Positions 45,859 through 54,077 of a stretch of DNA of 54,077 nt are shown here, piece after piece (position 1 is the first letter of the stretch; every line of letters starts with the position of its first letter). The position numbers and the translations under genes are program-made. The notes beneath the pieces are model-generated. The model had not been told where the DNA came from. It saw only the letters and a program-made list of their open reading frames with translations, and ran no database searches. Where the stretch lies: contig JAFVEF010000033.1 in the NCBI GenBank assembly GCA_017478105.1, positions 1 to 54,077 of the forward strand. The letters are read 5' to 3'. This stretch comes from Bacilli bacterium (GTDB taxonomy: Bacteria > Bacillota_I > Bacilli_A > RF39 > UBA660).

Positions 45859-47481
45859 ATGTCTAACATTAAGACAAGAGAAGTTGTTAAAGGTACAATT
45901 AAAACCCTAGATAAAAGTGTCATAGCAACACAGAAAACGAAAGATAACATTGTTAATGTAAAACAAAAAAGTGAAACTGCTATTCAAAGTAATGAGCAAA
46001 ATGCTAACGAATATGCAACTAATAAAATAACTAATGCTGGAAGAAGAATTGTTGATAATTCTGGTAAGATAAAACAAAAAGGAAATCAATCAGTTAAAAC
46101 AACAAAAGAAAATTATAGAAAAGCAAAAACAAAGGTAAAAAGTATTAAGACTAAACTTGCTGAAAAAAGAAAAATAAAAAATACTACCAAAGGTATTAAA
46201 ACAAGTAAGCATGTTGCAAAGAATACTCAAAAGGTTGCAAGAGAAAGTGTTAAGGCATCTCAAAGAGCAATGAAACTTGCAAAAGAGTCTGCTAAAAGAA
46301 CCTATCAAGGAGTAAAGCTAGCAGTTAAAGCGACTATATCTACTGTTAAAGCAATAATTGCTGCAACAAAAGCACTTATTAGTGCAATAATTGCTGGTGG
46401 TTGGGTTGCATTAATAGTTATTATAGTTATTTGCTTAATAGGACTATTATGTGGATCTATTTTTGGTATATTCTTCTCTGGTGAAAAGTCCAGTGCAAAC
46501 TCTATGAGTATGCAAGATGCTATTATAGAGTGTAATAAAGATTTTTCTGATAAGTTAGAGTCTATACAAAACTCTAATCCACACGACGAGTATGTTCTTG
46601 AAGGAAATATGGCTACTTGGAAAGATATGCTTTTAGTTTATGCAGTAAAACAATCCAATGGAGTAAATGAGCAAGAAGTTATTACAATGGATAATGCAAA
46701 ATTAAAAGTATTAAAAGATATTTTTTGGGATATGAATACATTAACTCATGAAGTAAAAACAGAAAATATTACTTTTCAGGGAGTTAATGATTTAGAAATG
46801 CCAGAAGAAAAAGAAAAACGAGTATTGCATATAAAAATAACTTCGAAAACTGCTGAAGAAATGAAAAATAAATATTTCTTCAATGCAGCACAAATGAAAC
46901 AATATAATGAATTATTAAGTGATGATTATGCAATGCTTTGGAATGGTATTGTTTATGGTATTGATTCTGGAGAGTATGTTAATTGGCGACAAAAAGGTGC
47001 TACTTGGTCTAATATTAGAATTGGAAATACAAGTAGTACAATTGGTAACATTGGTTGCCTTGTAACATCAATAGCTATTCTTATAGAAAAATCTGGTACT
47101 GCACCTGCTACTATTAATCCATTCAATCCTGGAACATTCGTTGAAGCACTTAATAAAAATGGAGGATTTGATGAACATGGTAATTTACAATATTCTCCAA
47201 TTAATAAAATTGTACCTGATTTTAAATATATTGGTAATATTGGTTTAAGAGGTAAAACAAGAACCGAAAAATTAGAACTCATTACAAAGTATTATAATAA
47301 TGGTTATTATTTAACAGTTGAAGTAAAAGGTGCAACAGAAGGTAATCAACATTGGGTTGCAGTTATTGGAATAGATGGAAATAATATTGTAATGGTAGAT
47401 CCAGCAACTAATCATACAGATATGTGGAATGCTTATGAATGGAGCAAAACATCACAATTTAATTATTTTAAAGCAAATTAA
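45859..47481 (+). CDS. Membrane-anchored cell-wall hydrolase (CHAP/NlpC-P60-like cysteine peptidase, VirB1 analogue)
   Basis: Lys-rich N-terminus, one TM segment, and a C-terminal domain with a candidate catalytic Cys (GNIGCLVTS) and His (GNQHWVAV). Confidence 0.7.
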   Translation: MSNIKTREVVKGTIKTLDKSVIATQKTKDNIVNVKQKSETAIQSNEQNANEYATNKITNAGRRIVDNSGKIKQKGNQSVKTTKENYRKAKTKVKSIKTKLAEKRKIKNTTKGIKTSKHVAKNTQKVARESVKASQRAMKLAKESAKRTYQGVKLAVKATISTVKAIIAATKALISAIIAGGWVALIVIIVICLIGLLCGSIFGIFFSGEKSSANSMSMQDAIIECNKDFSDKLESIQNSNPHDEYVLEGNMATWKDMLLVYAVKQSNGVNEQEVITMDNAKLKVLKDIFWDMNTLTHEVKTENITFQGVNDLEMPEEKEKRVLHIKITSKTAEEMKNKYFFNAAQMKQYNELLSDDYAMLWNGIVYGIDSGEYVNWRQKGATWSNIRIGNTSSTIGNIGCLVTSIAILIEKSGTAPATINPFNPGTFVEALNKNGGFDEHGNLQYSPINKIVPDFKYIGNIGLRGKTRTEKLELITKYYNNGYYLTVEVKGATEGNQHWVAVIGIDGNNIVMVDPATNHTDMWNAYEWSKTSQFNYFKAN

Positions 47482-47504
47482 AGGGATACAATTAAGTATC
47501 CCTA
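47482..47504. terminator. Bidirectional hairpin between convergent genes
   Basis: agggatac-AATTAA-gtatccct. A weak U-run lowers confidence. Confidence 0.45.
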
Positions 47505-47513
47505 GTACATATA

Positions 47514-48023
47514 TTATTTAACTGTTTCTAGATATTCTTTAACGCTATCATGCATTTCAAAAGGTTTGTTTGGTCTTATTTCAACAGTTGTTTCATAGTT
47601 TTCTTCTTCTCTTGCATATATTCTAATAAATACATTATCTTTTTTACACAATTCAGTAAGTTCCTTTAAAGAAAATGATATATCCTTAATTTCATCAATG
47701 TTTATTGCGTCTTTAAAATATATTCCTTCATCACTATCAATATTACCTTCGTCATCAACATATAATTTAACATATTCAGAGTTTGTAGTATCAACAAAGA
47801 AATTACTATCTCCCCATGTTTCATTCAATTTCTTTAAATCGCCCAATTTGTTGTAAAAATTCATATTGCAAAGTACAATATCAATTGAGTATTCAAAAAC
47901 ATCTCTAGGTGCTTTAATAATTGCTTGTCTATAACCTTCTAAAATGTCATTATAGATTTTTTTAGTATCTACTTTTGTAAGTCCTAAATATTTTTTTCTT
48001 TCATCTAAAATTTTTTTATTCAT
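47514..48023 (-). CDS. Hypothetical acidic protein. It is the only minus-strand gene in the window.
   Basis: GAAGGGGG RBS before ATG at 48023 (MNKKILDE...). No motif recognised. Confidence 0.55.
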   Translation of the reverse strand: MNKKILDERKKYLGLTKVDTKKIYNDILEGYRQAIIKAPRDVFEYSIDIVLCNMNFYNKLGDLKKLNETWGDSNFFVDTTNSEYVKLYVDDEGNIDSDEGIYFKDAINIDEIKDISFSLKELTELCKKDNVFIRIYAREEENYETTVEIRPNKPFEMHDSVKEYLETVK

Positions 48024-48184
48024 ATTTTCCCCCTTCAAAATTGACTTATATTATAGCAGAATTTATAAAAAAAGCAAGTGTTTGCAGAGAAAATAAAGGT
48101 TTTCGCAATATAGTAATATTCCGAACATTTAAATTACAAAAAATGTGATATAATGAAAATGATTAATAATAAAGAGGTGTTTAT

Positions 48185-49147
48185 ATGAATTATAAAAAGA
48201 TAGTAGTTGCTGGTGGAGGGGTTTTAGGAAGTCAAATAGCATTTCAATCAGCATATTGTGGTTACGATGTAACTATTTGGTTAAGAAGTGAAGATAGTAA
48301 GACAAGAACTCAACCAAAACTAGATGAATTAAAGAAGAATTATATTGAAACAATAGAATCTATGGAACCTAACGATGAAGAAAATTGGGCTAGAGGAATA
48401 GCTGATATTGATAGCTTTAACAAAGAGGAATGTTTATCTAAAGTTGATATTGCATATAATAGTATTAAATTAGTAGTAAATTTAGAGGAAGCAATGAAAG
48501 ATGCAGATTTAGTAATTGAATCCATGGCTGAAATAAAAGATGAAAAAATTAAGTTCTATCAAAAATTAGCTCCAATATTAGATGAAAAAACTGTATTAGT
48601 TACTAATTCTTCGACTTTACTACCATCAATGTTTGCAAAATATACTGGTAGACCAGAAAAATATTTATCATTACATTTTGCAAATACAATTTGGAAAAAG
48701 AATACTGCAGAAGTAATGGCACATAATGGTACTGATAAAAAGTATTTTGATGAAATAATGCATTTTGCAACAAGTATTAGAATGTTACCATTACCTGTTA
48801 TGAAAGAAAAATCTGGTTATTTATTAAATTCTATGTTGGTACCATTCTTATTGAGCGCAATGGATTTATTAACAAATGAAGTGTCAGATCCAGAAAGCAT
48901 AGATATTGCTTGGACAAGAGGAACTGGGGCCCCTAAAGGTCCATTTCAGATTATTGATACTGTAGGTCTTGTTACAGCAAAGAATATCGTTGAACAATAT
49001 CAAAAGGTACCTGGATTAATGAGCCCTTTATTAAAGAAAATGCTTTTACCTTATAATTACAAAGGTATGCTTACTATGTTAAATAAGTATATTGATGATG
49101 GTAAACTAGGCAAATCTACCGGAGAAGGTTTTTATAAATATAAATAA
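48185..49147 (+). CDS. 3-hydroxyacyl-CoA dehydrogenase family protein
   Basis: N-terminal Rossmann VAGGGVLGSQIA and a C-terminal HCDH-type domain (GPF...D.VGL). Confidence 0.75.
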   Translation: MNYKKIVVAGGGVLGSQIAFQSAYCGYDVTIWLRSEDSKTRTQPKLDELKKNYIETIESMEPNDEENWARGIADIDSFNKEECLSKVDIAYNSIKLVVNLEEAMKDADLVIESMAEIKDEKIKFYQKLAPILDEKTVLVTNSSTLLPSMFAKYTGRPEKYLSLHFANTIWKKNTAEVMAHNGTDKKYFDEIMHFATSIRMLPLPVMKEKSGYLLNSMLVPFLLSAMDLLTNEVSDPESIDIAWTRGTGAPKGPFQIIDTVGLVTAKNIVEQYQKVPGLMSPLLKKMLLPYNYKGMLTMLNKYIDDGKLGKSTGEGFYKYK

Positions 49148-49242
49148 CAAGATATCGTAATATTAAGATATTATGATTTAGTATATTAGGAGTAAAATCC
49201 TGATTTTTTGTGATATAATGTAAATGATAGGAGGATACGTTT

Positions 49243-50610
49243 ATGAAAAAAAAGATTTTTTCTTTTATATTTTATGCCATCGCTGGATTATTTTTAATGC
49301 TGTATTTGATAGCTGATCGAAGTACTACACTTCATCTGTCAGAATTTGGTAGATTATTCTTTTTATGTGGGAGTTGCTTATTCTTATATTTTGGTGGATT
49401 ATTATTATCTAAATATAAAAATAATACTAAACCTATGAAAATTAATTTATGGATATTTTTCGGATTATATCTGGTATTACTTATAACTCTTACTTTATTT
49501 GATAGTATGTGGGGAAGAAATGTCGGAAACTTAATAAATGCTAATATTGATTACAAACAATACTTTGAAAATACAGTTAATTTAATCCCATTTAAAACAA
49601 TTATTGGATATGTAACAGAATTTGATAGTATGTATTCTACAAGTTCAATATTATTCAATCTACTTGGTAATTTGGTAGCACTTATGCCTATGGCTTTCTT
49701 TCTGCCATTACTATTTAAAAAACAAAATAAGTTTAAATATTTTGCTTTAACTACAACAGGAATTATTTTATTAATCGAATTTTTACAATTAATTACTTCT
49801 TCTGGAAGATTTGATATAGATGATGTAATTTTAAATTTATCTGGTGCATTAATTTTATATGGAATAATTAAAATAAAATCAGTAAATAACTTAATTAGAA
49901 ATATATTTTTATTAGAAAAGAATAAAATATCTAAACAAAGTTACATTAAAATATTTAGTTTTCTATTTATTGTTGTACTCGCAACTATACTACTCGTTGC
50001 TTTTCGCAATAAGCTATATGATAAAAATGTAGATGATTATATGAAAAAGATGAATCCAACAATTAAAATTGTTGATGAAACAGAAACTTGTGATGAAGCA
50101 TTAGAAAAATTTTATGAAGATGATTTTAGAACTTACTACTTTCCTTGTATAAAGAGTGATAATGTATATGCTATTATTAATGGCGAAGAAAAATATTTAG
50201 TTAAAGATATACTTAATACAAAAGATTTTAAATATAATATTGATATTAATAAGATTAAATTAAAGTTAGAAGAATATAAAGTTAAATATTATGAAGAAGA
50301 TAAATATAATAAAATTAACTTTAATATTGATATAAATTGTGATAATGATGTGTGTGGCTCACCAGAATTTAAAGCATTTGTTGGTAATGAAAATAATTTA
50401 GAAGTTAAATTTGATAGTAGAAATTCAAATTTTGACAGTGATAATTACAAATATAGTATTGATTTATATTTGATTCCTAAAGCAAGTGGTACATCTAATC
50501 TTGAAGTTATATTTAAAGATTATAATTCAGGAAAACAAACAAAATATTTATATAAAGTAACTATTGATGATAATTTTAATACAACTTATAAATTAATAGA
50601 TAATAATTAG
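49243..50610 (+). CDS. VanZ-like membrane domain fused to a C-terminal extracytoplasmic domain of about 190 aa
   Basis: NLIPF, GNLVALMPMAFFLP and EFLQLITSSGRFDIDDVILNLSGAL match the VanZ pattern. An extra TM segment is followed by a soluble Cys-containing domain. Confidence 0.65.
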   Translation: MKKKIFSFIFYAIAGLFLMLYLIADRSTTLHLSEFGRLFFLCGSCLFLYFGGLLLSKYKNNTKPMKINLWIFFGLYLVLLITLTLFDSMWGRNVGNLINANIDYKQYFENTVNLIPFKTIIGYVTEFDSMYSTSSILFNLLGNLVALMPMAFFLPLLFKKQNKFKYFALTTTGIILLIEFLQLITSSGRFDIDDVILNLSGALILYGIIKIKSVNNLIRNIFLLEKNKISKQSYIKIFSFLFIVVLATILLVAFRNKLYDKNVDDYMKKMNPTIKIVDETETCDEALEKFYEDDFRTYYFPCIKSDNVYAIINGEEKYLVKDILNTKDFKYNIDINKIKLKLEEYKVKYYEEDKYNKINFNIDINCDNDVCGSPEFKAFVGNENNLEVKFDSRNSNFDSDNYKYSIDLYLIPKASGTSNLEVIFKDYNSGKQTKYLYKVTIDDNFNTTYKLIDNN

Positions 50611-50748
50611 TTCAAAATATAAAGATATTAAGAGAATGTAAAAAAATTCTCTTTTAATATGTTAAAATAGTAGTATAGACAAAATTAAACCAATAGTGTG
50701 TGTTAATTTTTAATTAAAAATGATAATATTTTTTGAGGAAGTGAGAAA

Positions 50749-51969
50749 ATGGATCAAAATAAAAGTGGTAAATTTATTGCTAAATTAAGAAAAGAAAAAA
50801 ATATGACTCAAGAACAACTCGCTGAGAAAATGGGTGTTAGTATAAATGCTGTTAGTAAATGGGAACGAGGACTAAGTTTTCCAGATGTATCACTATATAA
50901 GAAATTATGCAAAGAGTTAGATATAAATATAGAAGAATTAATTAATGGGGAAAAAGATAAGAGTGAAGAAGCAAAAGAAAAAGCTATAATTTCTACAATA
51001 AAAGAAACAGATAAGATAAAAAAGAATTCTAAAAAATTATTAATTGTTTTATCAACAATTTTCGTGATTATAGTTTGCGGATTAATTTATTATAATAAAA
51101 ATTTAAAAGTTAATTTAGTTAATGATTCAGATTATTTATATGATGAAGTTATTGGTTTTATAAAAGAAAAAGAATTTAAAGAGAATCCAGATTCAAAAGA
51201 AAAAGATTTTAATGTCTTTTATAGTTATCATCCTTTTGGTATAGAAAAAAAGAATGATTATAAATATGTATATTTATGGATCTACGAGCAAAGTTATTAT
51301 ATTGAAAAAGAAGAGTATGGTAGTGGGTTAGCAATATCTTCTGGAAGTTCTATGCCAATTAAAGCTATTTTTAAAAATAATAAATTACAAGATATAGTAT
51401 ATCCAAAAGATGGTAATCAGTATGTTTCATCGATTAAAGAGATGTTTCCAGGTATAATTGAATATCAAGTATTGAATTTTGATAAAAGTAAAAATATTAA
51501 TAAATTGTTTAATGAAGTGCAGAACAAAAAGAATATTTATTATGATTATTTAAACTTAGATATGAGTAAAATAACAATTGATGATTTGGTATATGAAGAT
51601 TTAATTTTTACAGTCGAAAAGAAAAATAGTAAATGCGATATACCAGTCCAATTAAATATTTACAAAAATAATAAATATACATTATTAACTGAATATAAAG
51701 CTTGTAGACCAGGTGTGGCTTGTACTTTAATGTTACAATATGTTAAATCTAGTGAAGGAAAGTATAACTATGATGTTATTGAAATAATAAGGCATAGTGT
51801 TGATGCTAATCTTTTTCAATATACAAATGAAAATTTACCTGAATATATGATTCATTCAGGTAAAGGACATGAGTTTATTACTGATTCTGATAATAAATAT
51901 TTAAAAGAATTATTAGAATCTATAAATGTAGATTTGAATCAATGTGCAAAACCAAATTATGGAGATTAA
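50749..51969 (+). CDS. Membrane-anchored XRE-family HTH protein (HTH, TM segment, then an extracytoplasmic domain of about 290 aa)
   Basis: LRKEKNMTQEQLAEKMGVS.NAVSKWERG HTH. TM segment LLIVLSTIFVIIVCGLIYY. Confidence 0.75.
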   Translation: MDQNKSGKFIAKLRKEKNMTQEQLAEKMGVSINAVSKWERGLSFPDVSLYKKLCKELDINIEELINGEKDKSEEAKEKAIISTIKETDKIKKNSKKLLIVLSTIFVIIVCGLIYYNKNLKVNLVNDSDYLYDEVIGFIKEKEFKENPDSKEKDFNVFYSYHPFGIEKKNDYKYVYLWIYEQSYYIEKEEYGSGLAISSGSSMPIKAIFKNNKLQDIVYPKDGNQYVSSIKEMFPGIIEYQVLNFDKSKNINKLFNEVQNKKNIYYDYLNLDMSKITIDDLVYEDLIFTVEKKNSKCDIPVQLNIYKNNKYTLLTEYKACRPGVACTLMLQYVKSSEGKYNYDVIEIIRHSVDANLFQYTNENLPEYMIHSGKGHEFITDSDNKYLKELLESINVDLNQCAKPNYGD

Positions 51970-52131
51970 AGTTTGGAAGATTAAGATTTTAAGAGAATGT
52001 AAAAATTCTTTTTTTCTATGGTAAAATAGATATATGATTTAAATGTTAAAATTATTTGCGTAACTTCCAAAGAAATTTGGTAGATTAAATGAATAATAAA
52101 AAGTAAAATGTTTAGTGAAAGGAATGATTAT

Positions 52132-52677
52132 ATGAATATTGGTCAAAATATTTTGAATTTAAGAAAAGGTGCTAATCTTTCACAAGAACAACTTGCTGAA
52201 AAGATGGGAGTAACAAGACAAACAATAAGTAACTGGGAGTTAGACGAGTCCAGTCCTGATTTAAAGCAAGGTAGAGAATTATCTAAAATATTTAATGTGA
52301 GTTTGGATGATTTAGCTGGTGATTCAACATTTGAATACTTAGGAGAAACAGATAGTAACAAAAAAATTACTATAATATCGCCAATTGAAAATGTTATAGT
52401 AACTTGTAATAAGGTTCAATCATCAGGTAAGTATAATGGTGGTAAAGATTCACCGAAATATGCCTTATTTGGATGTGATGAAAGTAATTCTAATGCTTTT
52501 GGACACAATACTTTTTTAGGTTGGTATGAAGACAAAGAACAAATATCAAAAGAAATTATGGGTATAAAAGAAGCATTAGTATCTGGTACTCAATCTTATG
52601 AACTAAAACATAATGTTGAAGTTGAAAAGAAATTAATGGGTATGATATTAAAAATGAAAAAGCAATGCAAATTATAA
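52132..52677 (+). CDS. XRE-family HTH protein with an unknown C-terminal domain
   Basis: LRKGANLSQEQLAEKMGVTRQTISNWE HTH. Start taken at ATG 52132. Confidence 0.75.
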   Translation: MNIGQNILNLRKGANLSQEQLAEKMGVTRQTISNWELDESSPDLKQGRELSKIFNVSLDDLAGDSTFEYLGETDSNKKITIISPIENVIVTCNKVQSSGKYNGGKDSPKYALFGCDESNSNAFGHNTFLGWYEDKEQISKEIMGIKEALVSGTQSYELKHNVEVEKKLMGMILKMKKQCKL

Positions 52678-52717
52678 TTTAAAAAAAGCATGGAAGATTA
52701 AGATATTTGGAGGATTT

Positions 52718-52873
52718 ATGAAAAAGAAAAATATAATATATGGAATTTTATGTGGTGCAGGAGGAATTCTAATAGGAGTATTTGCAAATAAATTAAATAC
52801 AGTTTATGGTGGAGCATTATTTACTATTGGAGTATTATTATTAGTTTTTTCAACAATAAAATTGGATAAATAA
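52718..52873 (+). CDS. Small 51-aa two-TM membrane protein (below the ORF-track cutoff)
   Basis: GGAGG then ATG 52718. Translation MKKKNIIYGILCGAGGILIGVFANKLNTVYGGALFTIGVLLLVFSTIKLDK. Confidence 0.5.
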   Translation: MKKKNIIYGILCGAGGILIGVFANKLNTVYGGALFTIGVLLLVFSTIKLDK

Positions 52874-53006
52874 AACAATCGGAATATTAAGATATTCCGT
52901 TCTCAATATGGATATATAGCGAGCTATTCAATTTAATTAATGAGTGAGATAAAAATATAAATTTTTATGGTATAATAATACTAGATAAAATTTAATGGAG
53001 GATAAT

Positions 53007-53978
53007 ATGAAAAGGAAATTAGTATTAGTATTGTTAGTATTTGTAGTATTATTTACAATAACAGGATGTGGTTCAAAAACAAGTAGTAAATGGGAGTATT
53101 CTAAAGAAGACTTTGCTTCATTTAGTGATGTTTTTTCTGATAAAGCATTAAATCAAGAAGATAGTGATATTGATATTATATATGTTCACGATATTAAGCT
53201 TAGTGATAATATAAGCAAGGAAGATATACTTGTTTTTAATTATGACGATCTTGAAGAAGATTTGGATTATGAAAATAAATATGTCTCATATGAACTAATA
53301 AAAAAATACCAAATTAATGTTGAAAAAATAGATATAAAAAGTGAGCCTGGCACATTACGCGTGTATTTTTATGGTGAAGATGATTTGTTTATAAATTATG
53401 GAGTTCTTATTAACAAAGACGTTAGCAAAGACCAAAAATATATAATTACAAAAACTCAAAAAGAATATCTTGGTAATGATGAAGATTACGATGGATTGGA
53501 AAATATAACATTTGCTCCGTTATTTCAATATTTAGATGCTCATGGTATTTCTATGGAGCAAATTATTGAAGATGGCGTTATCACTGAAACAATTGCGGAA
53601 ATGTTTGCTAATAATGATAATATGAAATTATCGAACGTTAGTAACCTTATCTCTTATCTTGGATGCGATGTAAAAGATGTTATGAAATATGAAAAATCAG
53701 GTGTTCATGAAGTTGCCCATGAAATTGATTGGAATACAGATACTGTGAAAAAGCAAGATTACGAGAGTAAAGGATTTATTACTTTCAAACCACTGCTTCA
53801 TTATATTAGTGAGCATAATTATAAAGCAAACAAATTGATTTTTTATGAGGGATTATTTACTGCAACTGAATTTACTAGGATTAAATCGGATCATAACTTT
53901 AGGGTCTCCATGGTAAATCGTTTGTGTAATTACTTTAAGATAGATGTTTCTGATGTCATCGAATTTGTAGAAAATTAA
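53007..53978 (+). CDS. Predicted lipoprotein carrying two HTH_26/Cro-C1-like modules
   Basis: MKRKLVLVLLVFVVLFTITGC lipobox. Two modules: ITFAPLFQYLDAHGIS...LISYLGCDVKDVMKYE and ITFKPLLHYISEHNYK...LCNYFKIDVSDVIEFVEN. Confidence 0.65.
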   Translation: MKRKLVLVLLVFVVLFTITGCGSKTSSKWEYSKEDFASFSDVFSDKALNQEDSDIDIIYVHDIKLSDNISKEDILVFNYDDLEEDLDYENKYVSYELIKKYQINVEKIDIKSEPGTLRVYFYGEDDLFINYGVLINKDVSKDQKYIITKTQKEYLGNDEDYDGLENITFAPLFQYLDAHGISMEQIIEDGVITETIAEMFANNDNMKLSNVSNLISYLGCDVKDVMKYEKSGVHEVAHEIDWNTDTVKKQDYESKGFITFKPLLHYISEHNYKANKLIFYEGLFTATEFTRIKSDHNFRVSMVNRLCNYFKIDVSDVIEFVEN

Positions 53979-54077
53979 GCTACTCTAATTCTATTTGCAA
54001 TAGGCTTTTAATGCTAAAATTTTAATAAATTGAAAAGCATCGTAAGATTAAGATATTCCGTTCACAATATGGATATA

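Larger units (their letters stand above)
17354..47513 (+). mobile_element. Conjugative element (ICE or integrated conjugative plasmid) with a MOB/T4SS module of the Firmicutes VirB4-VirD4-Maff2-PrgI type. Left junction lies in yabG. The right end is not identified and may lie beyond 54077.
   Basis: Contiguous same-strand set of parAB, sortase/adhesin, polyvalent MTase-helicase, Toprim, mobC, relaxase, pcfB, virD4, virB6-like, virB4 and hydrolase genes. The set starts abruptly inside yabG. No integrase is in the window. Confidence 0.85.
49156..54077 (+). repeat. Dispersed intergenic repeat with core GKAAKATTAAGATATT (hairpin with TAAG loop), found after most cargo gene stops
   Basis: Copies lie at 49156-49175, 50621-50634 (partial), 51974-51990, 52691-52710, 52880-52899 and 54041-54060. 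Longer direct repeats are 50624-50677 / 51985-52036 and 52880-52918 / 54041-54077. Confidence 0.8.

Noticed and set aside
48040-54077. Integron-type gene cassettes with attC sites
   Set aside because: No integron integrase is in the window. The hairpin repeats are much shorter than attC sites and lack the RYYYAAC / GTTRRRY core sites. Each unit appears to carry its own promoter.
17354-54077. Search for the integrase/recombinase, attR, and the 3' part of yabG
   Set aside because: No tyrosine or serine recombinase signature, and no YabG C-terminal motif, is present in any listed ORF. The right boundary therefore cannot be called from this window.

Overview
This is a very AT-rich, Firmicutes-type chromosomal segment that uses the standard genetic code (TGA is used as a stop). 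It splits into four parts.

(1) Positions 1-440 hold a helically phased tandem array of at least 7 units of 62-63 bp, cut by the window edge. Each unit pairs a parS-like palindrome (aGTTTCACGTGAAACa) with a perfect Noc-binding-site palindrome (TATTTCCCGGGAAATA). I consider this the most unusual feature of the window.

(2) Positions 0.5-17.0 kb are a conserved, origin-proximal-type housekeeping block, all on the + strand. It contains a small SRP RNA, tadA, dnaX, ybaB, recR, holB, ricT/yaaT, a tRNA m6A methyltransferase, rsmI, pth, mfd, a Met T-box leader with metG, tatD, a SipW-type signal peptidase with two paralogous anchored proteins, and rsmA.

(3) At about 17.35 kb the sporulation protease gene yabG is cut after about 92 codons by a conjugative element, either an ICE or an integrated conjugative plasmid.
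- Its genes include parA/parB, a thioester-type Cna-B adhesin with a dedicated sortase, and a 2439-aa ArdC-N/MTase/SNF2 polyvalent protein.
- That large ORF carries a TnpV-like ORF embedded in its +1 frame.
- It also encodes a DUF3991-Toprim protein, HU, MobC, a relaxase, PcfB, VirD4, Maff2, a VirB6-like protein, PrgI-like, VirB4 and a cell-wall hydrolase.
- No recombinase and no 3' part of yabG are present in the window, so the right end of the element is not visible.

(4) Positions 47.5-54.1 kb are a same-strand, cassette-like cargo array. It holds a 3-hydroxyacyl-CoA dehydrogenase-like gene, a VanZ fusion, several XRE-HTH proteins and a lipoprotein with two HTH-like modules. The cassettes are separated by a recurring ATTAAGAT hairpin repeat.

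All functional calls come from motif recognition by eye. No database search was run.
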